From the NCBI GenBank assembly GCA_032654565.1, contig JAULAX010000015.1:992001-1056000 (forward strand): 64,000 nucleotides of DNA, in the 5' to 3' direction. The DNA comes from Anaeromyxobacteraceae bacterium. GTDB lineage: Bacteria > Myxococcota > Myxococcia > Myxococcales > Anaeromyxobacteraceae. The notes beneath the pieces were generated by a model, which ran no database searches, was not told where the DNA came from, and saw nothing but the letters and a program-made list of their open reading frames with translations. This document shows positions 11,722-21,264 of this stretch, piece after piece. The translations under genes and the position numbers were made by a program. Every line of letters starts with the position of its first letter. Position 1 is the stretch's first letter.

Positions 11722-12009
11722 TCACGGCACCGGCGCCGGCTGCGCCAGGCGGTGCAGCGCGATGGAGAGCATCCAGGCCAGCGCCACCACCAGGAAGGAC
11801 ATCCTGAAGACCCGCTCCATCGGCGTCCCCGGCGCCATGCCCCTGGCCACCAGCCGGGTGACCGGGGAGCAGACCACGCGGAAGAAGTACCTGAGCTTGC
11901 TGTCGGGCTGCGTGCTGCGCCGCTCCACCAGCCAGCCGAGGCCGACGTAGATCAGCACCATGAAGGCGACCAGCCGGAGCAGCGTGAGGACGGCGAAGAG
12001 CGTCGGCAT
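11722..12009 (-). CDS. Small membrane protein (YggT-like)
   Basis: Two TM segments separated by 'FFRVVCSPV'. Confidence 0.6.
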   Translation of the reverse strand: MPTLFAVLTLLRLVAFMVLIYVGLGWLVERRSTQPDSKLRYFFRVVCSPVTRLVARGMAPGTPMERVFRMSFLVVALAWMLSIALHRLAQPAPVP

Positions 12010-12029
12010 CTAATCGGGGGAGACGGCGA

Positions 12030-12058
12030 GCGGGGTGGAGGATGGCCCTCCACCCCGC
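12030..12058 (-). terminator. Hairpin, probable terminator of the SSS operon
   Basis: GCGGGGTGGAGG-ATGGC-CCTCCACCCCGC, 12-bp perfect stem just after the SSS stop; no clear U tract. Confidence 0.6.
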
Positions 12059-12069
12059 CAGCACGAATC

Positions 12070-13974
12070 CTAGTGACCGGCGTTGACGGCGGCCGAGGCG
12101 CCACCCGTCTTCGGGTAGCGGACCGAGACCACCAGGTCCTGGACCTCCTGCGGCGGCGGGGCCGTCATCAGGGAGACGATCCAGATGGTGAGGAACCCGG
12201 CGGGGATGCCGAAGACGCCCGAGGCCACGGTGTTGGTGTTGAACCACTGCAGCCCGTAGAAGCGGCTCCCCACCATGTAGAACAGCGTCAGCCCCAGGCC
12301 GACCACCATGCCGGCCACGGCGCCGGCCTTGTTGGCCCGCTTCCACCAGATGCCCATGACGAGCGCCGGGAAGAAGGAGGCGGCACCCAGGCTGAAGGCC
12401 CAGGCCACCATCTCGACGATGATGGCCAGGCGGGCCGTCGCCACCCAGGCGGCGATCAGCGCGGTCACGATCAGGAAGACCTTGGTGATGGTGAGGCGGC
12501 GGAGCAGCGTCGCCTTGGGGTTGATGACGTTGAAGTACAGGTCGTGGGAGATGGCGTTGGCGATGGTGAGCAGCAGGCCGTCGGCGGTGGAGAGGGCGGC
12601 GGCCAGGCCGCCGGCCATGACCAGGCCGGTGATGACGAAGGGCAGGCCGGCGATCTCCGGGGTGGCGAGCACCACGAAGTCGGTGCTCTTCACCACGAAG
12701 TCGGAGTACTGCACGATGCCATCCCCCAGCTTGTCGACCACGCTGAAGAGGCCGGCCGGCGCCCAGAGGTTGACCCAGGCCGGCAGGCTCGACACGCTCT
12801 GGCCCACCAGGCCGGAGAAGACGGCGTCACGGGCGAAGGCCGCATAGGCCGGCGCCGTGAAGTAGAGCAGGAAGATGAAGAAGAGCGACCAGCCCACCGA
12901 GGTGCGGGCTTCGCGCACCGACGGCGTGGTGTAGTAGCGGGTCAGGATGTGCGGCAGCCCGGCGGTGCCGACCATGAGGCAGAAGGTCAGGGCCAGGAAG
13001 TTCCACATCCCCTTGCCGGTGGGCGGGACCAGGTAGTTCTCCCACTTGGCGCCCGGCTTGGCCAGCGGCGTGGCCTGCTTGTCGGCGGTGGCCTTGGCGG
13101 CCTTGAGCTTGTCGGTGTCGGCCGCGGCCAGGCCCGGCGCCTTGAGCTTCTCGGCGATCTCCTTCGACTCCTCCGCCCACTTGGCCCGGGTGGCGACCTC
13201 GCCGGCGTCGGTGACCAGCTGGACGGCGCGGGTGTTGTTCTTCTGGAGCAGCTGGCCGTAGGTCAGCTCCGGCACCGGGATGACGAAGAGCTTGAACGAC
13301 AGCACCGCCACCGGGACGATGTAGGAGGTGATGAGGATGATGTACTGGGCCACCTGGGTCCAGGTCACCGCCTTCATGCCGCCGAGCACCGAGCAGAAGA
13401 GCACGCCGATCAGGCCGGCGAAGACGCCGACGTTGAAGTCCAGGCCGATGAAGCGGGAGACGATCAGGCCGACGCCGGTCACCTGGGCGATGAGGTAGGT
13501 GAAGGAGGCGAGGATGGCCGCCACGATGCCGATGATGCGGGTGGTGTGCCCCTGGTAGCGGGCGCCGAGGAAGTCGGGGATGGTGTAGGCGCCGAACTGG
13601 CGCAGGTACGGGCCGAGGAAGACGGCCAGCAGCAGGTAGCCGCCGGTCCAGCCCATCACGTAGGCCAGGCCGCTGAAGCCCTGCGCCGAGAGGGCGCCGG
13701 CCATGGAGATGAAGGAGGCCGCCGACATCCAGTCCGAGCCGGTGGCCATGCCGTTGTAGATGGCGGGGACGCCGCGGCCGGCCACGTAGTACTGGTCGGC
13801 GTCGGAGGTGCGGGTGGCGATGCCGATGAAGAGGTAGATGCCCATCGACAGGGCCATGAAGATCCAGCCGATGTAGCGGTTGGAGAGGCCGAAGACCTGC
13901 TCGGCCACGCCGATCAGGGCGGTGACCGCCAGGAAGCCGATGGTGTAGAGCGTGAACAGTTTCTTGAGGTTCAT
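12070..13974 (-). CDS. Sodium:solute symporter, ActP/VC_2705-like carboxylate (acetate) permease
   Basis: 'NGMATGSDWMSAASF', 'GTAGLPHIL.RYYT', 'AAALSTADGLL'. Confidence 0.9.
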   Translation of the reverse strand: MNLKKLFTLYTIGFLAVTALIGVAEQVFGLSNRYIGWIFMALSMGIYLFIGIATRTSDADQYYVAGRGVPAIYNGMATGSDWMSAASFISMAGALSAQGFSGLAYVMGWTGGYLLLAVFLGPYLRQFGAYTIPDFLGARYQGHTTRIIGIVAAILASFTYLIAQVTGVGLIVSRFIGLDFNVGVFAGLIGVLFCSVLGGMKAVTWTQVAQYIILITSYIVPVAVLSFKLFVIPVPELTYGQLLQKNNTRAVQLVTDAGEVATRAKWAEESKEIAEKLKAPGLAAADTDKLKAAKATADKQATPLAKPGAKWENYLVPPTGKGMWNFLALTFCLMVGTAGLPHILTRYYTTPSVREARTSVGWSLFFIFLLYFTAPAYAAFARDAVFSGLVGQSVSSLPAWVNLWAPAGLFSVVDKLGDGIVQYSDFVVKSTDFVVLATPEIAGLPFVITGLVMAGGLAAALSTADGLLLTIANAISHDLYFNVINPKATLLRRLTITKVFLIVTALIAAWVATARLAIIVEMVAWAFSLGAASFFPALVMGIWWKRANKAGAVAGMVVGLGLTLFYMVGSRFYGLQWFNTNTVASGVFGIPAGFLTIWIVSLMTAPPPQEVQDLVVSVRYPKTGGASAAVNAGH

Positions 13975-13975
13975 G

Positions 13976-14245
13976 TCAGGCGTCCTCTCGAATGCCGTAC
14001 TCGAGGTCCTTGGCGTTCATCAGCTTGGCGTAGACGGCGATCTCGATGACGAAGATGGCCAGCGAGCCCTGCGCGGCGATCCAGTAGCCGAGCGGGAAGC
14101 CGGCGATGACCACCTCGTTCAGGTCCGCAGCGAACCAACCGCCAAGCAGGTAGGTCACCACGAACCAGATCACCAGCAGGATGGTGGTGAGCTTGAGGTT
14201 GTAGGACCAGTATTCGTCTTTCTGTTGCTGGGTCAGGTCAGACAT
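13976..14245 (-). CDS. DUF4212 family small membrane partner of SSS permease
   Basis: 'YW..NL.L', 'GFPLGYWIAAQGS'; directly upstream of the SSS gene. Confidence 0.88.
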   Translation of the reverse strand: MSDLTQQQKDEYWSYNLKLTTILLVIWFVVTYLLGGWFAADLNEVVIAGFPLGYWIAAQGSLAIFVIEIAVYAKLMNAKDLEYGIREDA

Positions 14246-14420
14246 AGGTCTCCATCTGGTTCGAGTGGCAGAGTCGGCGTCGGGGGGCTAAGTCAGAAAA
14301 CGAAGGATCGCCTCGGGTCGAGCGTGAAGGTCGCACCTGCACCTGCATGGCAGCTTGTTTCAGTTGGAACTTTTGTTAACACACCCATTATGGGCGTGCA
14401 ATCCCTGCGGCGTGGCGAAC

Positions 14421-14449
14421 TGACTGCGCGCATCTATTGCGCTGCGTCA
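14421..14449. promoter_or_regulatory. Imperfect inverted repeat, candidate operator of the DUF4212-SSS operon
   Basis: TGAC-tgc-GCGCA-tctat-TGCGC-tgc-GTCA in an AT-richer intergenic region. Confidence 0.35.
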
Positions 14450-14520
14450 TAAGTGGCTCGTTCGAGAAGAGGCTCCCAGAACAAAACCGTCCGACAAACA
14501 GCACGTTACGATCGATCTTG

Positions 14521-15117
14521 CTATCGCAGGTCGCGGAGGGTTCGGGCGCCCAGGGCCAGCCGGAGCTTGAGAAACAGCTCGGCGGTGGCGATGGCGTCGG
14601 TGAGCGCATCGTGGGCCTGGTACTCGGGCAGACCGTGGTGGCGCCGGGCCCGGGACAGGTTGAGCGGGAGCTGGTCGTTGGCCAGCTCCGGGTTGCCCAG
14701 ACGCCCCACCCGGAGGATCAGGTCAACGGTGTCCACCACCCGCGGCGATGGCCAGGCCAGCCCGGAGCGCTTGAACTCCCGGCGGAGGAAGGCCACGTCC
14801 ACCCCCTTCTGGTGAACCAGCAGCACGCCGTCGCCGAGCCGCCGCTCCAACTCCGGGAGGACCTCCTCCAGTGGCGGTGCAGCGGCCACATCTCCCCACA
14901 GCAGCTGGTGGGCGGCCACCGACGCCGGGTCGATCACCCCGCCGTCGCGCGGCCGGACCAGCGTCCGGTAGGCCTCGCCGAGGTGGATGATGCCAGCCCG
15001 GATGGGGACCATCCCCACCGCCAGGATGGGGTCACGCCTCGGGTCGAGGCCGCCGGTCTCGAGATCGAGCGCCCAGTAGGTGACCTGGTCCCACGGGGGT
15101 GATCGAAAGGAGAACAC
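14521..15117 (-). CDS. DnaQ-like DEDDh 3'-5' exonuclease
   Basis: 'LDLETGGLD', 'HQKGVDVAFL', 'AHDALTDA'. Confidence 0.9.
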   Translation of the reverse strand: MFSFRSPPWDQVTYWALDLETGGLDPRRDPILAVGMVPIRAGIIHLGEAYRTLVRPRDGGVIDPASVAAHQLLWGDVAAAPPLEEVLPELERRLGDGVLLVHQKGVDVAFLRREFKRSGLAWPSPRVVDTVDLILRVGRLGNPELANDQLPLNLSRARRHHGLPEYQAHDALTDAIATAELFLKLRLALGARTLRDLR

Positions 15118-15138
15118 CGGGCCCCGCCTCCACGACCG

Positions 15139-15504
15139 TCACGGGAGCTTGTTGTAGCCGAGCTCGCCGGCCAGGAAGGCGATGCCGGCGATCATCCCGG
15201 AGAGGCTTCCGATGCCGATCCAGGTGACCAGGAAGTAGGGCACGGCCAGCGTCCAGCGCAGCCAGGGCGGGGTGGCGTGACCGAAGGCCGCCTTGCCGGT
15301 GGCGTACTCGAGGGCGTTCCAGGCCACCAGGGCCGCGCACAGCGACCAGGCCAGCACGTCGAGGGCGGTGAGCTCTTCCAGCCGGGGGAACTTGCGGATC
15401 ATGCTCCAGGCGAGGATGGGCATGGCCAGCAGGAAGGCGACGCCGACCCGCAGGATGGCCCGGTTCTCTCCGGGGATGGGCAGCCCCTCGTTGGTCGGTT
15501 CCAT
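15139..15504 (-). CDS. Hypothetical membrane protein
   Basis: 3-4 hydrophobic segments; AAGGAG RBS. Confidence 0.6.
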   Translation of the reverse strand: MEPTNEGLPIPGENRAILRVGVAFLLAMPILAWSMIRKFPRLEELTALDVLAWSLCAALVAWNALEYATGKAAFGHATPPWLRWTLAVPYFLVTWIGIGSLSGMIAGIAFLAGELGYNKLP

Positions 15505-15513
15505 GGAATCTCC

Positions 15514-16887
15514 TTACCGGACCGGCGCGGTGATGGCGGCGGGGGCGGGCAGGGCGCCCCCCTTGGGCGTCGGGTGCCAGCCCAGCGTCAGCAGCAGGAC
15601 GGCGAAGCCGACCACGTAGGCGACGGCCACGTACCAGCCCTCCTTGACCCAGCGCCCCACCGAGCGGGCCTCCGGGTAGAGGGTGGTGATGGCCACGCCG
15701 GCCGAGGAGCCGAACCAGATCATCGAGCCGCCGAAACCGACGGCGTAGGCCAGGAAGCCCCAGTCGTAGCCCCCCTGCTGGAGCGCCAGCTTGGTGAGCG
15801 GGATGTTGTCGAAGACCGCGGAGAGGAAGCCGAGCCCGAGCGTGGTCGGCCAGGAGGCGGCCGGGAGCTTCTCCACCGGCATCATCGAGGCGGCCATCAC
15901 CAGGGAGAGGAGGAAGAAGCTGCCCGGCGCCGCCTCGCGCAGCAACCCCCAGTCGGGCCGGCGCACCGAGGCGGTGAGCAGCAGCGCCGTCCAGACCGCG
16001 GCGCCGATCCAGGGGAAGAGGTCGGAGTACTCGGCGTAGCGCACGTTGACCAGCACGTTGATGACGATGGCCGAGACCAGCACGGTGGCCACGATCCCCA
16101 CCCGGGCCCAGTCGACCTTCGGCGCTCCCTCCGGGTCCTTGATGATGGGGGAGTAGCGCTGCTGCTGGATGGCGGCGGGGATGCCGAAGATCACCAGCGC
16201 CACGCCCGAGGCGATGAAGGCCTCCAGCACCGAGAGCGGGCTGACCTTGTCGATCCACATCATGGTGGTGGTGGTGTCGCCCACCACGCTGCCGGCCCCG
16301 CCGCCGTTGGAGGCGGCCACGATGGCGGCCAGGTAGCCGACCCGCACCTTGCCGCGGAAGAGGGTGTGGGCCATGGCCCCGCCGATCATGGCGGCGGCGA
16401 TGTTGTCGAGGAAGCTGGAGAGGACGAAGACGATCACCAGCATCGCGAAGGCCCCCTTCCAGTCGTCGGGGAGGTAGCGCGGCAGCAGCGCCGGCACGTG
16501 GCTCTTCTCGAAGTGGCGGGAGAGGAAGGCGAAGCCGGTCAGCAGCAGGAAGAGGTTGACCAGGATGACCCACTCCTTCCCGGCGTGGGCCACCAGCCCG
16601 CCCAACCCCGGCCCGGTGTCGAAGGGCGAGAAGCCGACCTTGAAGAGGGTGATGCAGAGCAGGCCGGCCACCGCCACCTGGAGCGTGTACTTGTGGAAGA
16701 GGGCGACGCCGAGCAGCGTCAGGCCGAAGAGGATGAAGTCGACCGGGACGCCGAGCAGCTGCGGTCCCTCGGCGGCGGCGCCGTGGGCGGCCGCGGCCAG
16801 GGCCGGGGCGAGGACCAGCGCCAGCGCGCCGAGCGCGCGGGAGGCCGGGCCGAGTTGCCGGCGCCGGGAGGGGCGAGGAGGGGTCAT
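15514..16887 (-). CDS. Ion transporter superfamily permease (CitMHS/NhaD-like)
   Basis: 'SSFLDNIAA', 'ASNGGGAGSVVGDTTT', 'SAVFDNIP', 'GGSMIWFGSSAGVA'; start uncertain. Confidence 0.82.
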   Translation of the reverse strand: MTPPRPSRRRQLGPASRALGALALVLAPALAAAAHGAAAEGPQLLGVPVDFILFGLTLLGVALFHKYTLQVAVAGLLCITLFKVGFSPFDTGPGLGGLVAHAGKEWVILVNLFLLLTGFAFLSRHFEKSHVPALLPRYLPDDWKGAFAMLVIVFVLSSFLDNIAAAMIGGAMAHTLFRGKVRVGYLAAIVAASNGGGAGSVVGDTTTTMMWIDKVSPLSVLEAFIASGVALVIFGIPAAIQQQRYSPIIKDPEGAPKVDWARVGIVATVLVSAIVINVLVNVRYAEYSDLFPWIGAAVWTALLLTASVRRPDWGLLREAAPGSFFLLSLVMAASMMPVEKLPAASWPTTLGLGFLSAVFDNIPLTKLALQQGGYDWGFLAYAVGFGGSMIWFGSSAGVAITTLYPEARSVGRWVKEGWYVAVAYVVGFAVLLLTLGWHPTPKGGALPAPAAITAPVR

Positions 16888-17045
16888 GGGCGCGACTCCT
16901 GTTGGACGGGGCGGGGTGGGGGGAGGTCCGCTCCCGCCAGCGTAGCAGGATGGTGCACCTGATGGTGCGGCAGGCGTCGGTCCCACCCCCGGTGTCACCG
17001 CGCCCCTCGCCGTGAGTGGCGGTCCCGGGCCCGGGCGGAGGGCGG

Positions 17046-17684
17046 TCAGGCCGGCGTCGGCTCGGCGCGCGCGATCTTCACGATCTGCCGGGCGATGTCC
17101 TCGGGCGACAGCACGTAGTCGACGAACCCGCTGGCGATGGCCGTCTCGGGCATGTCGGCGTGCTCGGCGGTCTCGGCCCGCTGCGCGATGGTGATGCCCC
17201 CGACCTCCTTGATGCCGCGGAGCGCGGCCGCCCCGTCGCCGTCGTAGCCGGAGACGATCACGGCGATGAGCTTTCCGTCCCAGTGCTCGGTGAGGGAGCG
17301 CAGGAAGATGGTGATGACGTCGGGCCAGCCCCGGGGCTTGGAGACGGGCTCGAGGCGGAACTCGCCGTCGAGGACGTGCAGGTCCCGCTGCTCCGGGATG
17401 ATGAACACGTGGTTCGGCTCGATGCGCAGCCGCTCGGTGATCAGCTCGACCGGCATGGCCGTGTAGCGCGGGAGGATCTCGTGGAGCAGGGTGGCCACCG
17501 TCCGCGCGTGGTTGACGATGACGACGGCCACGCCCATGTCGGCCGGGAGGTGGCGGAGCAGGCGGATGTAGGCGTCGAGGCCGCCAGCCGATCCGCCCAC
17601 GCAGACCACGGGGAAGTCCCGCCTGGAGGCGGCCGCGGCCGGCTCGGGGCGTCGAGGCTCGTCGTCGGTGGTCCTGGTCTCCAC
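17046..17684 (-). CDS. Stand-alone CheB-type methylesterase domain (no receiver)
   Basis: 'GGSAGG' (Ser), 'IVNH' (His), 'SGYDGDGA' (Asp); GTG start after GGGAGG. Confidence 0.85.
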   Translation of the reverse strand: METRTTDDEPRRPEPAAAASRRDFPVVCVGGSAGGLDAYIRLLRHLPADMGVAVVIVNHARTVATLLHEILPRYTAMPVELITERLRIEPNHVFIIPEQRDLHVLDGEFRLEPVSKPRGWPDVITIFLRSLTEHWDGKLIAVIVSGYDGDGAAALRGIKEVGGITIAQRAETAEHADMPETAIASGFVDYVLSPEDIARQIVKIARAEPTPA

Positions 17685-17932
17685 GGTCGACCTCCCTGGC
17701 TCCTGCGGCGAGCCGCGGACCGCCGCGCGCGCAGGGGCCCAGCCCACTTCACGCTGCAAGCCGCCGGCCACCGCGGCGCCTGGCTCCAGGCCGCCACCCC
17801 GGCGAATTCACGGTGTTCGCCGGCTCGGCGCCTGGAGGCGGTCCGATCGCAAACGTTCACGAACGGGCGCCGTCGTCCACCGGCGCCGGGGCGCACCGGA
17901 CCGCCCGCCACCGCTCCTTGGCGTGAGGGGCC

Positions 17933-19363
17933 CTACTCCTTCCCGGCGCGGCGGGCGGCCCGGGCCACCTTGAGCCGCCCCGCCCACCCCTCCTTGTTCA
18001 CCTGCTTGGCCCGCCCCAGCCCCAGCCCGCCGGCCGGCACCGACTCGGTGAGCGTCGAGCCTGCCGCGGTGTAGGCCCCGGCGCCGATCTCGATGGGCGC
18101 CACCAGGATGGAGTCGGAGCCGATGAAGGCGCCGTCGCCGATGCGGGTCTGGTGCTTCTGCTCGCCGTCGTAGTTGCAGGTGATGGTGCCGCAGCCGATG
18201 TTGACGCCGGCGCCGATCACCGCGTCGCCGAGGTAGGCGAGGTGGTTGGCCTTCGACCCCTTGCCGAGCCGGGTCTTCTTGGTCTCCACGAAGTTGCCGA
18301 GGTGGACCCCCTCGCCCAGCTCCGAGCCGGGCCGGATGCGCGAGAAGGGGCCGAGCACGGCCCGGGCCCCCACCGTGGCCGGCCCCTCGATCACCGTGTA
18401 GGGGCGCACCGTCACCCCGGCCGCCAGCACCGCGTCGGAGAGGACCGAGCCCTGGCCGATGCGGCAGCCGGCGCCGATGCGGGTGGCGCCGCGCAGCCGG
18501 ACGTCCGGCTCGATGAGCACCTCGGCGGCGATCTCCACCCCCTCGTCGCAGAGGAAGCGGGCGGGATCCTCCAGCGTCACCCCGGCCCTCATCAGCGCCG
18601 AGGCCCGCCGCTGCTGCAGCACCCGCCCGGCCCGGGCCAGCTCCTCCCGGTCGTTGACGCCGAAGGCCTCGAGCGGGTCCACCTCCACCGCCGCGGCCGG
18701 GGTCCGGGCCGCGGCCAGCGCCACCAGGTCGGTCAGGTAGAACTCGCCCTGGGCGTTCTTCGAGCCCACCCGGGCCAGCGCCCGCCAGAGGAACTCGGCG
18801 TCGGCGCAGTAGAGGCCGGCGTTGACCTCGAGGAGGGCCCGCTCCTCCGGGGTGGCGTCCTTCTCCTCGACGATGCGCGCCGGGCGGCCGCGCTCGTCGC
18901 GCACCACCCGGCCGTAGCCGCGCGGCTCGGCCAGCGTCATGGTGGCGAAGGCCAGCGGGGCCTTGCCGCGGGACCGGGACTGGACCACCCGCTTCAGCGT
19001 GGTGGTGGTGAGCAGCGGGGTGTCGCCGGAGAGGATGGCGATGGGCCCGTCGACGCCGCGCAGCGCCTGGCGGGCCGCCAGCACCGCGTGGGCGGTGCCG
19101 CGCTGCTCCGCCTGGAGCGCGAACTTGAGCGGGGCGCCGGGGAGGGCGGCCCGCAGCGCCGCCTCGACCGCCTCGGCCTGGTGGCCCACCACCACCACCA
19201 CCGGCGAGGCGCCGGCCTCCAGGGCGGCGCGGATGGGGAACCAGGCCAGCGGCCTCCCGGAGAGCTCGTGGAGCACCTTGGCGGTGCCGGACTTCATGCG
19301 GGTCCCCTTGCCGGCGGCGAGGACCACGGCGGCGAGCGGGTTGCGGTTGGAGTGGGTGGCCAT
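17933..19363 (-). CDS. glmU: Bifunctional UDP-GlcNAc pyrophosphorylase / GlcN-1-P acetyltransferase
   Basis: 'LAAGKGTRMKS', 'EFYLTD', 'GNFVETKK', 'HLAYLGDA', 'CNYDG'. Confidence 0.97.
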   Translation of the reverse strand: MATHSNRNPLAAVVLAAGKGTRMKSGTAKVLHELSGRPLAWFPIRAALEAGASPVVVVVGHQAEAVEAALRAALPGAPLKFALQAEQRGTAHAVLAARQALRGVDGPIAILSGDTPLLTTTTLKRVVQSRSRGKAPLAFATMTLAEPRGYGRVVRDERGRPARIVEEKDATPEERALLEVNAGLYCADAEFLWRALARVGSKNAQGEFYLTDLVALAAARTPAAAVEVDPLEAFGVNDREELARAGRVLQQRRASALMRAGVTLEDPARFLCDEGVEIAAEVLIEPDVRLRGATRIGAGCRIGQGSVLSDAVLAAGVTVRPYTVIEGPATVGARAVLGPFSRIRPGSELGEGVHLGNFVETKKTRLGKGSKANHLAYLGDAVIGAGVNIGCGTITCNYDGEQKHQTRIGDGAFIGSDSILVAPIEIGAGAYTAAGSTLTESVPAGGLGLGRAKQVNKEGWAGRLKVARAARRAGKE

Positions 19364-19487
19364 GCCCAGAGTCTCGACCAGGCGTGAGGCGGCGGCAAGG
19401 CGCAGCATGGGGCGCGGCGGTGAAGCCGGCGGCGCTCCGGGCTTGAGCGCTCCGCACCGGGGGCCGGTTCCTGATACCCTCTCCGCC

Positions 19488-20336
19488 ATGGCGAGCGCGT
19501 CCGGAGCCACCACCAGCAGCGGCGGCGAGGTCGACGATCAGGCCTTCCTGGCCGTCGAGGCCACGCTGGAGCGGGCCTGCGGCCTCTCCTTCGCCGCCGG
19601 GGTCCGGCCGGCGCTGGCCGACGCCGTCCGGCGGGCCTCCGGCGAGCTGGGGCTGGCCCGTGAGCCCTTCCTGTCGCGCCTGCTCGGCGGGGCGCCGGAC
19701 GAGGTGACGGCGCTGGTCGAGCACGCCGTGGTCAAGGAGACCTACTTCTACCGCCACCCCGAGCAGTGGGAGGCGCTGGCCGCGCGGCTGTCGGCGGCCC
19801 CGGCCGGGCGGCCGCTCCGCGCCTGGTCGGCCGGCTGCGCCACCGGCGAGGAGGCCTACACGCTGGCCATGGTGCTGCACGACGCCGGCCGGCCGGCCGG
19901 GCTGGACCGGATCCTCGCCACCGACCTCTCGGCCCGGGCGCTGGAGGTGGCCACCGCGGCCCGCTACGGGGCCTGGTCGCTGCGCGGGGTCCCGGCGCCG
20001 GCCCGGGCCCGCCACTTCACCGTCGACGGGGAGGCGCTGCGGGTGCGCGACGAGCGGCGCGCCCCGGTCCGCTTCGCCCGGCACAACCTGCTCGGCCCAC
20101 CGCCGCCGGGAGGGCCCTTCGACCTGGTGGTCTGTCGCAACGTGCTGCTCTACTTCAGGCCCGACCAGGCCCGGGCGCTGCTCGGCCGGCTCCACGCCGC
20201 GCTCCGGCCCGGCGGGCTGCTGCTGGTCGGCCCCGTCGAGGAGCCGCTGGCCGCCGGCCTCCCCTTCGAGCGGCTGGAGGGGGCGGGCGCCACGCTGCTG
20301 CGACGCCCCGCCGACGGCGGAGGGGCCAGGCCGTGA
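19488..20336 (+). CDS. cheR: CheR-type methyltransferase (copy 1)
   Basis: 'ETYFYR', 'WSAGCATGEEAY', 'CRNVLLYF'. Confidence 0.9.
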   Translation: MASASGATTSSGGEVDDQAFLAVEATLERACGLSFAAGVRPALADAVRRASGELGLAREPFLSRLLGGAPDEVTALVEHAVVKETYFYRHPEQWEALAARLSAAPAGRPLRAWSAGCATGEEAYTLAMVLHDAGRPAGLDRILATDLSARALEVATAARYGAWSLRGVPAPARARHFTVDGEALRVRDERRAPVRFARHNLLGPPPPGGPFDLVVCRNVLLYFRPDQARALLGRLHAALRPGGLLLVGPVEEPLAAGLPFERLEGAGATLLRRPADGGGARP

Positions 20337-20707
20337 AGGTGCTCCTGGTCGACGACACCCGCACCCTGCTCTCCCTCATCCAGGTCTACCTGATGGGCTG
20401 GCAGCTCGAGTTCCTCGAGGCCAAGGACGGCGTCGAGGGGCTGGCCAAGGCCCGCGAGCTGCGCCCGGCGCTGGTGGTGACCGACGTCCGCATGCCCGGC
20501 ATGGACGGGTTCGAGCTCTGCGCCGCCCTCCGCGCCGACCCCGACCTCCACGCCATCCCGGTGGTGCTGCTCACCTCGCTCAACGACGAGACCAGCCGGC
20601 GCAAGGGGAGGATGGTGGGGGCCACCGCCTTCCTCACCAAGCCGGTCTCGGTGGACGAGCTGCGCCAGACCGTCGGGACCCTGCTCCGGCTGCCGCCGAG
20701 GAGCTGA
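20333..20707 (+). CDS. Single-domain response regulator (CheY-like)
   Basis: 'VLLVDD', 'TDVRMPGMDG', 'FLTKP'; GTGA overlap with cheR. Confidence 0.9.
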   Translation: MKVLLVDDTRTLLSLIQVYLMGWQLEFLEAKDGVEGLAKARELRPALVVTDVRMPGMDGFELCAALRADPDLHAIPVVLLTSLNDETSRRKGRMVGATAFLTKPVSVDELRQTVGTLLRLPPRS

Positions 20708-20710
20708 TCC

Positions 20711-21262
20711 GTGCCCGATGGCCCCGTCGACTTCGACGACCTGGATCGCCTGCTCGACCAGGTCGAGGCGCGGCTGGCCGAGACCGGCGGCGCCGGGGAC
20801 CGCCGGCGGGAGCTGATGGCCGAGCGGGCCCGCGCCCTGGCCACGCCGCGCGAGGCCGCCCACGAGGATCTGCTGCCGCTCCTGGTCTTCACGCTGGGTG
20901 GAGGACTGCACGCCGTCGAGGTGGCGGCGGTGGTCCAGGTGGTCGAGGCCCGCGGCCTGCAGCGCCTGGTGGCCACGCCGCCCTGGCTGCTGGGGGCGCT
21001 GGTGGCGCGCGGCCGGGTGGTGCCGGTGCTCGACCTGCGGGAGCGGCTGGGGCTGGGGCGGGGGCTGGCCGACCTCGGCAAGGTGCTGGTGCTGGAGCAG
21101 GCCGGCGAGCTGGTGGGGCTGGCGGTGGAGGGGCTGGAGGGGCGGCGCGACGTGGCGCGGCGCACGCTGACCCCGGGGACCTCGCCCATCCGCTGGCGGG
21201 GAGCCGACGACCTGGCGGTGATCGACCTCGAGGCGGCGCTGGCCCCCGGGGCGGAGGGCTAG
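20711..21262 (+). CDS. cheW: CheW-like coupling protein
   Basis: 'RARALA', 'LLGALVARGRVVPVLDL', 'GLAVEG'. Confidence 0.85.
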   Translation: MPDGPVDFDDLDRLLDQVEARLAETGGAGDRRRELMAERARALATPREAAHEDLLPLLVFTLGGGLHAVEVAAVVQVVEARGLQRLVATPPWLLGALVARGRVVPVLDLRERLGLGRGLADLGKVLVLEQAGELVGLAVEGLEGRRDVARRTLTPGTSPIRWRGADDLAVIDLEAALAPGAEG

Positions 21263-21264
21263 GG

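Noticed and set aside
7915..14049. 2044-aa plus-strand ORF and similar long ORFs (3722..5986, 44993..49306, 57188..60382)
   Set aside because: Antisense shadows of well-supported genes, expected in high-GC DNA
14521..15117. Replicative dnaQ (Pol III epsilon)
   Set aside because: No C-terminal extension, and the context fits the DUF294-associated subfamily
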